Positions 42,301 through 55,000 of a stretch of 64,000 nt of DNA are shown piece after piece. The first letter of the stretch is position 1. The number at the start of each line of letters is the position of its first letter. The stretch comes from the human T2T-CHM13v2.0 reference genome, Homo sapiens. The notes beneath the pieces are model-generated. The model ran no database searches, was not told the origin of the DNA, and saw nothing but the letters and a program-made list of their open reading frames with translations. The stretch lies in NCBI RefSeq assembly GCF_009914755.1, contig NC_060930.1; one strand, 5' to 3'. Both the position numbers and the translations under genes were made by a program.

Positions 42301-45300
42301 AGAAACTCCTTTGCGATGTCTGCATTCAACTCACCGAGTGGAACATTCCTCTTGAGAGAGCAGTTTGGAAACACTCTTTCTGTAGAATCAGCTTGTTTGT
42401 ATTTGGACCTCCTTGAGGCCTTCGTTGGAAACGGGTTTTCATCTTATAAACCCAGACAGAAGAATTCTCAGAGTCTTCTTTGTGATGTGTGCTTTCAACT
42501 CACCGAGATAAAGATTTCTCTTGATAGAGCAATTTGGAAACACTCTTTTTGTAGAATTTGCAAGGGTACATTGAGAGCGCTTTCAGGCCTATGGTAGAAA
42601 AGGGAATATCTTTCCATAAAAGGTAGACAGAAGCAATCTCAGAAACTACTTTGTGATGTGTGCATTCAACTCACCGAGTGCAACGTTCCTCTTGACTGAG
42701 CAGTTTGGAAACATTGTTTCTGTAGAATCTGCAAGTGGATATTTGGACCTCTTTGAGGCCTTCGTTGGAAACGGGATTTCTTCCTATAAACCCAGACAGA
42801 AGAATTCTCAGAGACTTCTTTGTGATGTGTGAATTCAACTCACAGTGTGGATCCTTCCTTTTGATAGAGCAGTTTTGAAACCCTGTTTTTGTAGTATTTC
42901 CAAGCGGATATTTGGAACGCCTTGAAGCGTATGGTAGAAAAGGAAATATCTTCCCATAAAACCTAGACAGAACCAATCTCAGAAACGACTTTGTGATGTC
43001 TGCATTCAAGTCACAGAGTTGAACATTTCTCTTGATAGAGCAGTTTTGAAACCCTCTTTCTGAAGGATCTGCAAGTGGATATTTGGAACTCCTTTGGGTC
43101 TTCGTTGGAAACGGGATTTCTTCGTATAAATCTAGACAGAAGAATTCTCCGAAACTTCTTTGGTTGTGTGCATTCAAGTCACAGAGTGGAACCTTCCTTT
43201 GGATAGAGCAGTTTGAAACGCCGTGGTTGTAGTATTTCCAAGCGGATATTAGAGCGCCTTGAGGCCTATGGTAGAAAAGGAAATATCTTCCCATAAAACC
43301 TAGACGGAAGCAATCTCAGAAACTACTGTGTGATGGCTGCATTCCACACACACGGTGGAACATTTCTCTTGATAGAGCAGTTTTGAAACACTCTTTCTGT
43401 AGAATCTGCAAGTGGATAATTGGACCGCCTTGAGGCCTTCGTTGGAAACGGGATTTCTTCATGTTACTCTAGATAGAAGAATTCTCAAACACTGCTATGT
43501 GATGTTTGCATTCAAGTCACAGAGTGCAACATTCCTCTTGGTAGAGCAGTTGGGAAACACTCCTTTTGTAGAATCTGCAATGGGATATTTGGACTTCTTT
43601 GAGGCCTTCGTTGGAAACGGGATTTCTTCGTATGAATCTAGACAGAAGAATTCTCAGAAACTTCCTTGTGATGTGTGCATTCAACTCAGCGAGTGGCACC
43701 TTCCTTTGGATACAGCAGTTTTGAAACACTGTTTTTGTAGTATTTCCAAGCGGATATTTAGAGCGCCTTGAAGCCTATGCTAGAAATGGAAATATCTCCC
43801 CATAAAACCAAGACAGAAGCAATCTCAGAAACTAATGTGTGATGGCTGCATTCCACACACACGGTGGACCATTTCTCTTGATAGAGCAGTTTTGAAACAC
43901 TCTTTCTGTAGAATCTGCAAGTGGATAATTGGACCTCCTAGAGGCCTTCGTTGGAAACGGGATTTCTTCATCTAAACCTACAGAGAAGAATTCTCAGTAA
44001 CTTCTTCGGATGTGTGCATTCGACGCACAGAATGGAACATTCCCTTTGATAGAGCAGTTTTGAGACACCGTTTTTGTAGAATTCCCAAGTGGATATTTAG
44101 AGCACTTTGAAGTCTCTGCTAGAAAAGGAAACATCTTCATGTAAAAAGTAGATAGAATCGTTCTCAGAAAGTGCTTAGTGACGTGTGCGTTCAACTCACA
44201 GAGTTTAACGTTTCTTTTGATAGAGCGTTTCTGAAACACCCTTCTTGTAGTAGCTGCAAGTGGATATTTGGACCTATTGGAGGCCTTCTTTGGAAATGGG
44301 ATTTCTTCATGTAACTCTAGATTGAAGAGTTCTCAGAAACTCCTTTGTGATGTGTGCATTCAATTCAAAGAGTGAAACCTCCCTTTTCACAGAGCAGTTT
44401 TGAAACACTGTTTTTGTAGGATTTCCAAGGGGATATTTATAGCGCATTGAGCCTACGGCGGAAAAAGAAACATCTTCCTATAAAAACTAGACAGAATACT
44501 TCTCAGAATCTGCTTTGCGATGTGTGCGTTCAACTCACAGAGTAAAACTTTTCTTTTGATAGAGCAGTTTTGAAACACTCTTTTTGTAGTATTTGCATGT
44601 GTATATTTAGAGCGCATTGAAGCCCACAGTAGAAAAGGAAATAACTTCACCTAAAACCTAGACAGAAGCAATCTCAGAAACTACTTTGTGATGTGTACAT
44701 TCAACTCACAGAGTGGAACTTTCCTCTTTATAGAGCAGTGTTGAAACACTCTTTTTGTAGAAACTGCAAGTGGATATTTGGACCTCTTTGAGGCCTTCGT
44801 TGGAAACGGGATTTCTTCCTATAACCCTAGACAGAAGAATTTTCAGAAACCTCATTGTGATGTGTGCGTTCATCTCACAGAGTGGAGTCTTCCGTTTGAT
44901 AGAGAAGTTTTGAAACCCTGTTCTTGTAGGATTTCCAAGTGGATATTTAGACCACTTTGAAGCCTATGATAGAAAAGGAAACATCTTCATGGAAAACATA
45001 GATAGAATCATCCTCAGAAACAACTTTGTGATGTGTGCGTTGAACTCACCGTCTTTAACCTTTCTTTTGGTAGAGAAGTTTTGAAACACTCTCTTTGTAA
45101 AGTCTACAAGTGGATATTTTGAGCCCTTGGAGGCATTCTTTGGAAAAGGGAATGTCTTCACATAAAAGGCAGACGGAAGTGTTCTCAGAAACTGCTTTGT
45201 GATGTCTGTGTTCAACTCACAGAGTTTAACATTTCCTTTGATAGAGCGGTTTAGTAACCCTCTCTTTGTAGAATTTGGAAGTGTATACTAAGAGCGCTTT

Positions 45301-48300
45301 GAGGCCTATGGTAGAAAAGGAAATATCTTTCCATAAAAGCTAGACAGAAGCAATCTCAGAAACTCCTTTGCGATGTCTGCATTCAACTCACCGAGTGGAA
45401 CATTCCTCTTGAGAGAGCAGTTTGGAAACACTCTTTCTGTAGAATCAGCTTGTTTGTATTTGGACCTCCTTGAGGCCTTCGTTGGAAACGGGTTTTCATC
45501 TTATAAACCCAGACAGAAGAATTCTCAGAGTCTTCTTTGTGATGTGTGCTTTCAACTCACCGAGATAAAGATTTCTCTTGATAGAGCAATTTGGAAACAC
45601 TCTTTTTGTAGAATTTGCAAGGGTACATTGAGAGCGCTTTCAGGCCTATGGTAGAAAAGGGAATATCTTTCCATAAAAGGTAGACAGAAGCAATCTCAGA
45701 AACTACTTTGTGATGTGTGCATTCAACTCACCGAGTGCAACGTTCCTCTTGACCGAGCAGTTTGGAAACATTGTTTCTGTAGAATCTGCAAGTGGATATT
45801 TGGACCTCTTTGAGGCCTTCGTTGGAAACGGGATTTCTTCCTATAAACCCAGACAGAAGAATTCTCAGAGACTTCTTTGTGATGTGTGAATTCAACTCAC
45901 AGTGTGGATCCTTCCTTTTGATAGAGCAGTTTTGAAACCCTGTTTTTGTAGTATTTCCAAGCGGATATTCGGAACGCCTTGAAGCGTATGGTAGAAAAGG
46001 AAATATCTTCCCATAAAACCTAGACAGAACCAATCTCAGAAACGACTTTGTGATGTCTGCATTCAAGTCACAGAGTTGAACATTTCTCTTGATAGAGCAG
46101 TTTTGAAACCCTCTTTCTGAAGGATCTGCAAGTGGATATTTGGAACTCCTTTGGGTCTTCGTTGGAAACGGGATTTCTTCGTATAAATCTAGACAGAAGA
46201 ATTCTCCGAAACTTCTTTGGTTGTGTGCATTCAAGTCACAGAGTGGAACCTTCCTTTGGATAGAGCAGTTTGAAACGCCGTGGTTGTAGTATTTCCAAGC
46301 GGATATTAGAGCGCCTTGAGGCCTATGGTAGAAAAGGAAATATCTTCCCATAAAACCTAGACGGAAGCAATCTCAGAAACTACTGTGTGATGGCTGCATT
46401 CCACACACACGGTGGAACATTTCTCTTGATAGAGCAGTTTTGAAACACTCTTTCTGTAGAATCTGCAAGTGGATAATTGGACCGCCTTGAGGCCTTCGTT
46501 GGAAACGGGATTTCTTCATGTTACTCTAGATAGAAGAATTCTCAAACACTGCTATGTGATGTTTGCATTCAAGTCACAGAGTGCAACATTCCTCTTGGTA
46601 GAGCAGTTGGGAAACACTCCTTTTGTAGAATCTGCAATGGGATATTTGGACTTCTTTGAGGCCTTCGTTGGAAACGGGATTTCTTCGTATGAATCTAGAC
46701 AGAAGAATTCTCAGAAACTTCCTTGTGATGTGTGCATTCAACTCAGCGAGTGGCACCTTCCTTTGGATACAGCAGTTTTGAAACACTGTTTTTGTAGTAT
46801 TTCCAAGCGGATATTTAGAGCGCCTTGAAGCCTATGCTAGAAATGGAAATATCTCCCCATAAAACCAAGACAGAAGCAATCTCAGAAACTAATGTGTGAT
46901 GGCTGCATTCCACACACACGGTGGACCATTTCTCTTGATAGAGCAGTTTTGAAACACTCTTTCTGTAGAATCTGCAAGTGGATAATTGGACCTCCTAGAG
47001 GCCTTCGTTGGAAACGGGATTTCTTCATCTAAACCTACAGAGAAGAATTCTCAGTAACTTCTTCGGATGTGTGCATTCGACGCACAGAATGGAACATTCC
47101 CTTTGATAGAGCAGTTTTGAGACACCGTTTTTGTAGAATTCCCAAGTGGATATTTAGAGCACTTTGAAGTCTCTGCTAGAAAAGGAAACATCTTCATGTA
47201 AAAAGTAGATAGAATCGTTCTCAGAAAGTGCTTAGTGACGTGTGCGTTCAACTCACAGAGTTTAACGTTTCTTTTGATAGAGCGTTTCTGAAACACCCTT
47301 CTTGTAGTAGCTGCAAGTGGATATTTGGACCTATTGGAGGCCTTCTTTGGAAATGGGATTTCTTCATGTAACTCTAGATTGAAGAGTTCTCAGAAACTCC
47401 TTTGTGATGTGTGCATTCAATTCAAAGAGTGAAACCTCCCTTTTCACAGAGCAGTTTTGAAACACTGTTTTTGTAGGATTTCCAAGGGGATATTTATAGC
47501 GCATTGAGCCTACGGCGGAAAAAGAAACATCTTCCTATAAAAACTAGACAGAATACTTCTCAGAATCTGCTTTGCGATGTGTGCGTTCAACTCACAGAGT
47601 AAAACTTTTCTTTTGATAGAGCAGTTTTGAAACACTCTTTTTGTAGTATTTGCATGTGTATATTTAGAGCGCATTGAAGCCCACAGTAGAAAAGGAAATA
47701 ACTTCACCTAAAACCTAGACAGAAGCAATCTCAGAAACTACTTTGTGATGTGTACATTCAACTCACAGAGTGGAACTTTCCTCTTTATAGAGCAGTGTTG
47801 AAACACTCTTTTTGTAGAAACTGCAAGTGGATATTTGGACCTCTTTGAGGCCTTCGTTGGAAACGGGATTTCTTCCTATAACCCTAGACAGAAGAATTTT
47901 CAGAAACCTCATTGTGATGTGTGCGTTCATCTCACAGAGTGGAGTCTTCCGTTTGATAGAGAAGTTTTGAAACCCTGTTCTTGTAGGATTTCCAAGTGGA
48001 TATTTAGACCACTTTGAAGCCTATGATAGAAAAGGAAACATCTTCATGGAAAACATAGATAGAATCATCCTCAGAAACAACTTTGTGATGTGTGCGTTGA
48101 ACTCACCGTCTTTAACCTTTCTTTTGGTAGAGAAGTTTTGAAACACTCTCTTTGTAAAGTCTACAAGTGGATATTTTGAGCCCTTGGAGGCATTCTTTGG
48201 AAAAGGGAATGTCTTCACATAAAAGGCAGACGGAAGTGTTCTCAGAAACTGCTTTGTGATGTCTGTGTTCAACTCACAGAGTTTAACATTTCCTTTGATA

Positions 48301-51300
48301 GAGCGGTTTAGTAACCCTCTCTTTGTAGAATTTGGAAGTGTATACTAAGAGCGCTTTGAGGCCTATGGTAGAAAAGGAAATATCTTTCCATAAAAGCTAG
48401 ACAGAAGCAATCTCAGAAACTCCTTTGCGATGTCTGCATTCAACTCACCGAGTGGAACATTCCTCTTGAGAGAGCAGTTTGGAAACACTCTTTCTGTAGA
48501 ATCAGCTTGTTTGTATTTGGACCTCCTTGAGGCCTTCGTTGGAAACGGGTTTTCATCTTATAAACCCAGACAGAAGAATTCTCAGAGTCTTCTTTGTGAT
48601 GTGTGCTTTCAACTCACCGAGATAAAGATTTCTCTTGATAGAGCAATTTGGAAACACTCTTTTTGTAGAATTTGCAAGGGTACATTGAGAGCGCTTTCAG
48701 GCCTATGGTAGAAAAGGGAATATCTTTCCATAAAAGGTAGACAGAAGCAATCTCAGAAACTACTTTGTGATGTGTGCATTCAACTCACCGAGTGCAACGT
48801 TCCTCTTGACCGAGCAGTTTGGAAACATTGTTTCTGTAGAATCTGCAAGTGGATATTTGGACCTCTTTGAGGCCTTCGTTGGAAACGGGATTTCTTCCTA
48901 TAAACCCAGACAGAAGAATTCTCAGAGACTTCTTTGTGATGTGTGAATTCAACTCACAGTGTGGATCCTTCCTTTTGATAGAGCAGTTTTGAAACCCTGT
49001 TTTTGTAGTATTTCCAAGCGGATATTCGGAACGCCTTGAAGCGTATGGTAGAAAAGGAAATATCTTCCCATAAAACCTAGACAGAACCAATCTCAGAAAC
49101 GACTTTGTGATGTCTGCATTCAAGTCACAGAGTTGAACATTTCTCTTGATAGAGCAGTTTTGAAACCCTCTTTCTGAAGGATCTGCAAGTGGATATTTGG
49201 AACTCCTTTGGGTCTTCGTTGGAAACGGGATTTCTTCGTATAAATCTAGACAGAAGAATTCTCCGAAACTTCTTTGGTTGTGTGCATTCAAGTCACAGAG
49301 TGGAACCTTCCTTTGGATAGAGCAGTTTGAAACGCCGTGGTTGTAGTATTTCCAAGCGGATATTAGAGCGCCTTGAGGCCTATGGTAGAAAAGGAAATAT
49401 CTTCCCATAAAACCTAGACGGAAGCAATCTCAGAAACTACTGTGTGATGGCTGCATTCCACACACACGGTGGAACATTTCTCTTGATAGAGCAGTTTTGA
49501 AACACTCTTTCTGTAGAATCTGCAAGTGGATAATTGGACCGCCTTGAGGCCTTCGTTGGAAACGGGATTTCTTCATGTTACTCTAGATAGAAGAATTCTC
49601 AAACACTGCTATGTGATGTTTGCATTCAAGTCACAGAGTGCAACATTCCTCTTGGTAGAGCAGTTGGGAAACACTCCTTTTGTAGAATCTGCAATGGGAT
49701 ATTTGGACTTCTTTGAGGCCTTCGTTGGAAACGGGATTTCTTCGTATGAATCTAGACAGAAGAATTCTCAGAAACTTCCTTGTGATGTGTGCATTCAACT
49801 CAGCGAGTGGCACCTTCCTTTGGATACAGCAGTTTTGAAACACTGTTTTTGTAGTATTTCCAAGCGGATATTTAGAGCGCCTTGAAGCCTATGCTAGAAA
49901 TGGAAATATCTCCCCATAAAACCAAGACAGAAGCAATCTCAGAAACTAATGTGTGATGGCTGCATTCCACACACACGGTGGACCATTTCTCTTGATAGAG
50001 CAGTTTTGAAACACTCTTTCTGTAGAATCTGCAAGTGGATAATTGGACCTCCTAGAGGCCTTCGTTGGAAACGGGATTTCTTCATCTAAACCTACAGAGA
50101 AGAATTCTCAGTAACTTCTTCGGATGTGTGCATTCGACGCACAGAATGGAACATTCCCTTTGATAGAGCAGTTTTGAGACACCGTTTTTGTAGAATTCCC
50201 AAGTGGATATTTAGAGCACTTTGAAGTCTCTGCTAGAAAAGGAAACATCTTCATGTAAAAAGTAGATAGAATCGTTCTCAGAAAGTGCTTAGTGACGTGT
50301 GCGTTCAACTCACAGAGTTTAACGTTTCTTTTGATAGAGCGTTTCTGAAACACCCTTCTTGTAGTAGCTGCAAGTGGATATTTGGACCTATTGGAGGCCT
50401 TCTTTGGAAATGGGATTTCTTCATGTAACTCTAGATTGAAGAGTTCTCAGAAACTCCTTTGTGATGTGTGCATTCAATTCAAAGAGTGAAACCTCCCTTT
50501 TCACAGAGCAGTTTTGAAACACTGTTTTTGTAGGATTTCCAAGGGGATATTTATAGCGCATTGAGCCTACGGCGGAAAAAGAAACATCTTCCTATAAAAA
50601 CTAGACAGAATACTTCTCAGAATCTGCTTTGCGATGTGTGCGTTCAACTCACAGAGTAAAACTTTTCTTTTGATAGAGCAGTTTTGAAACACTCTTTTTG
50701 TAGTATTTGCATGTGTATATTTAGAGCGCATTGAAGCCCACAGTAGAAAAGGAAATAACTTCACCTAAAACCTAGACAGAAGCAATCTCAGAAACTACTT
50801 TGTGATGTGTACATTCAACTCACAGAGTGGAACTTTCCTCTTTATAGAGCAGTGTTGAAACACTCTTTTTGTAGAAACTGCAAGTGGATATTTGGACCTC
50901 TTTGAGGCCTTCGTTGGAAACGGGATTTCTTCCTATAACCCTAGACAGAAGAATTTTCAGAAACCTCATTGTGATGTGTGCGTTCATCTCACAGAGTGGA
51001 GTCTTCCGTTTGATAGAGAAGTTTTGAAACCCTGTTCTTGTAGGATTTCCAAGTGGATATTTAGACCACTTTGAAGCCTATGATAGAAAAGGAAACATCT
51101 TCATGGAAAACATAGATAGAATCATCCTCAGAAACAACTTTGTGATGTGTGCGTTGAACTCACCGTCTTTAACCTTTCTTTTGGTAGAGAAGTTTTGAAA
51201 CACTCTCTTTGTAAAGTCTACAAGTGGATATTTTGAGCCCTTGGAGGCATTCTTTGGAAAAGGGAATGTCTTCACATAAAAGGCAGACGGAAGTGTTCTC

Positions 51301-52083
51301 AGAAACTGCTTTGTGATGTCTGTGTTCAACTCACAGAGTTTAACATTTCCTTTGATAGAGCGGTTTAGTAACCCTCTCTTTGTAGAATTTGGAAGTGTAT
51401 ACTAAGAGCGCTTTGAGGCCTATGGTAGAAAAGGAAATATCTTTCCATAAAAGCTAGACAGAAGCAATCTCAGAAACTCCTTTGCGATGTCTGCATTCAA
51501 CTCACCGAGTGGAACATTCCTCTTGAGAGAGCAGTTTGGAAACACTCTTTCTGTAGAATCAGCTTGTTTGTATTTGGACCTCCTTGAGGCCTTCGTTGGA
51601 AACGGGTTTTCATCTTATAAACCCAGACAGAAGAATTCTCAGAGTCTTCTTTGTGATGTGTGCTTTCAACTCACCGAGATAAAGATTTCTCTTGATAGAG
51701 CAATTTGGAAACACTCTTTTTGTAGAATTTGCAAGGGTACATTGAGAGCGCTTTCAGGCCTATGGTAGAAAAGGGAATATCTTTCCATAAAAGGTAGACA
51801 GAAGCAATCTCAGAAACTACTTTGTGATGTGTGCATTCAACTCACCGAGTGCAACGTTCCTCTTGACCGAGCAGTTTGGAAACATTGTTTCTGTAGAATC
51901 TGCAAGTGGATATTTGGACCTCTTTGAGGCCTTCGTTGGAAACGGGATTTCTTCCTATAAACCCAGACAGAAGAATTCTCAGAGACTTCTTTGTGATGTG
52001 TGAATTCAACTCACAGTGTGGATCCTTCCTTTTGATAGAGCAGTTTTGAAACCCTGTTTTTGTAGTATTTCCAAGCGGATATT
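12344..52083 (+). repeat. Super-HOR: tandem duplication with an 18,342-bp (6-unit) period, visible only through SNVs
   Basis: Rare alleles recur exactly 18342 bp apart: 15418/33760, 18241/36583, 19754/38096, 22625/40967, 24355/42697. The coordinates given are the maximal interval bounded by the nearest discordant SNVs. Confidence 0.88.
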
Positions 52084-55000
52084 CGGAACGCCTTGAAGCG
52101 TATGGTAGAAAAGGAAATATCTTCCCATAAAACCTAGACAGAACCAATCTCAGAAACGACTTTGTGATGTCTGCATTCAAGTCACAGAGTTGAACATTTC
52201 TCTTGATAGAGCAGTTTTGAAACCCTCTTTCTGAAGGATCTGCAAGTGGATATTTGGAACTCCTTTGGGTCTTCGTTGGAAACGGGATTTCTTCGTATAA
52301 ATCTAGACAGAAGAATTCTCCGAAACTTCTTTGGTTGTGTGCATTCAAGTCACAGAGTGGAACCTTCCTTTGGATAGAGCAGTTTGAAACGCCGTGGTTG
52401 TAGTATTTCCAAGCGGATATTAGAGCGCCTTGAGGCCTATGGTAGAAAAGGAAATATCTTCCCATAAAACCTAGACGGAAGCAATCTCAGAAACTACTGT
52501 GTGATGGCTGCATTCCACACACACGGTGGAACATTTCTCTTGATAGAGCAGTTTTGAAACACTCTTTCTGTAGAATCTGCAAGTGGATAATTGGACCGCC
52601 TTGAGGCCTTCGTTGGAAACGGGATTTCTTCATGTTACTCTAGATAGAAGAATTCTCAAACACTGCTATGTGATGTTTGCATTCAAGTCACAGAGTGCAA
52701 CATTCCTCTTGGTAGAGCAGTTGGGAAACACTCCTTTTGTAGAATCTGCAATGGGATATTTGGACTTCTTTGAGGCCTTCGTTGGAAACGGGATTTCTTC
52801 GTATGAATCTAGACAGAAGAATTCTCAGAAACTTCCTTGTGATGTGTGCATTCAACTCAGCGAGTGGCACCTTCCTTTGGATACAGCAGTTTTGAAACAC
52901 TGTTTTTGTAGTATTTCCAAGCGGATATTTAGAGCGCCTTGAAGCCTATGCTAGAAATGGAAATATCTCCCCATAAAACCAAGACAGAAGCAATCTCAGA
53001 AACTAATGTGTGATGGCTGCATTCCACACACACGGTGGACCATTTCTCTTGATAGAGCAGTTTTGAAACACTCTTTCTGTAGAATCTGCAAGTGGATAAT
53101 TGGACCTCCTAGAGGCCTTCGTTGGAAACGGGATTTCTTCATCTAAACCTACAGAGAAGAATTCTCAGTAACTTCTTCGGATGTGTGCATTCGACGCACA
53201 GAATGGAACATTCCCTTTGATAGAGCAGTTTTGAGACACCGTTTTTGTAGAATTCCCAAGTGGATATTTAGAGCACTTTGAAGTCTCTGCTAGAAAAGGA
53301 AACATCTTCATGTAAAAAGTAGATAGAATCGTTCTCAGAAAGTGCTTAGTGACGTGTGCGTTCAACTCACAGAGTTTAACGTTTCTTTTGATAGAGCGTT
53401 TCTGAAACACCCTTCTTGTAGTAGCTGCAAGTGGATATTTGGACCTATTGGAGGCCTTCTTTGGAAATGGGATTTCTTCATGTAACTCTAGATTGAAGAG
53501 TTCTCAGAAACTCCTTTGTGATGTGTGCATTCAATTCAAAGAGTGAAACCTCCCTTTTCACAGAGCAGTTTTGAAACACTGTTTTTGTAGGATTTCCAAG
53601 GGGATATTTATAGCGCATTGAGCCTACGGCGGAAAAAGAAACATCTTCCTATAAAAACTAGACAGAATACTTCTCAGAATCTGCTTTGCGATGTGTGCGT
53701 TCAACTCACAGAGTAAAACTTTTCTTTTGATAGAGCAGTTTTGAAACACTCTTTTTGTAGTATTTGCATGTGTATATTTAGAGCGCATTGAAGCCCACAG
53801 TAGAAAAGGAAATAACTTCACCTAAAACCTAGACAGAAGCAATCTCAGAAACTACTTTGTGATGTGTACATTCAACTCACAGAGTGGAACTTTCCTCTTT
53901 ATAGAGCAGTGTTGAAACACTCTTTTTGTAGAAACTGCAAGTGGATATTTGGACCTCTTTGAGGCCTTCGTTGGAAACGGGATTTCTTCCTATAACCCTA
54001 GACAGAAGAATTTTCAGAAACCTCATTGTGATGTGTGCGTTCATCTCACAGAGTGGAGTCTTCCGTTTGATAGAGAAGTTTTGAAACCCTGTTCTTGTAG
54101 GATTTCCAAGTGGATATTTAGACCACTTTGAAGCCTATGATAGAAAAGGAAACATCTTCATGGAAAACATAGATAGAATCATCCTCAGAAACAACTTTGT
54201 GATGTGTGCGTTGAACTCACCGTCTTTAACCTTTCTTTTGGTAGAGAAGTTTTGAAACACTCTCTTTGTAAAGTCTACAAGTGGATATTTTGAGCCCTTG
54301 GAGGCATTCTTTGGAAAAGGGAATGTCTTCACATAAAAGGCAGACGGAAGTGTTCTCAGAAACTGCTTTGTGATGTCTGTGTTCAACTCACAGAGTTTAA
54401 CATTTCCTTTGATAGAGCGGTTTAGTAACCCTCTCTTTGTAGAATTTGGAAGTGTATACTAAGAGCGCTTTGAGGCCTATGGTAGAAAAGGAAATATCTT
54501 TCCATAAAAGCTAGACAGAAGCAATCTCAGAAACTCCTTTGCGATGTCTGCATTCAACTCACCGAGTGGAACATTCCTCTTGAGAGAGCAGTTTGGAAAC
54601 ACTCTTTCTGTAGAATCAGCTTGTTTGTATTTGGACCTCCTTGAGGCCTTCGTTGGAAACGGGTTTTCATCTTATAAACCCAGACAGAAGAATTCTCAGA
54701 GTCTTCTTTGTGATGTGTGCTTTCAACTCACCGAGATAAAGATTTCTCTTGATAGAGCAATTTGGAAACACTCTTTTTGTAGAATTTGCAAGGGTACATT
54801 GAGAGCGCTTTCAGGCCTATGGTAGAAAAGGGAATATCTTTCCATAAAAGGTAGACAGAAGCAATCTCAGAAACTACTTTGTGATGTGTGCATTCAACTC
54901 ACCGAGTGCAACGTTCCTCTTGACCGAGCAGTTTGGAAACATTGTTTCTGTAGAATCTGCAAGTGGATATTTGGACCTCTTTGAGGCCTTCGTTGGAAAC

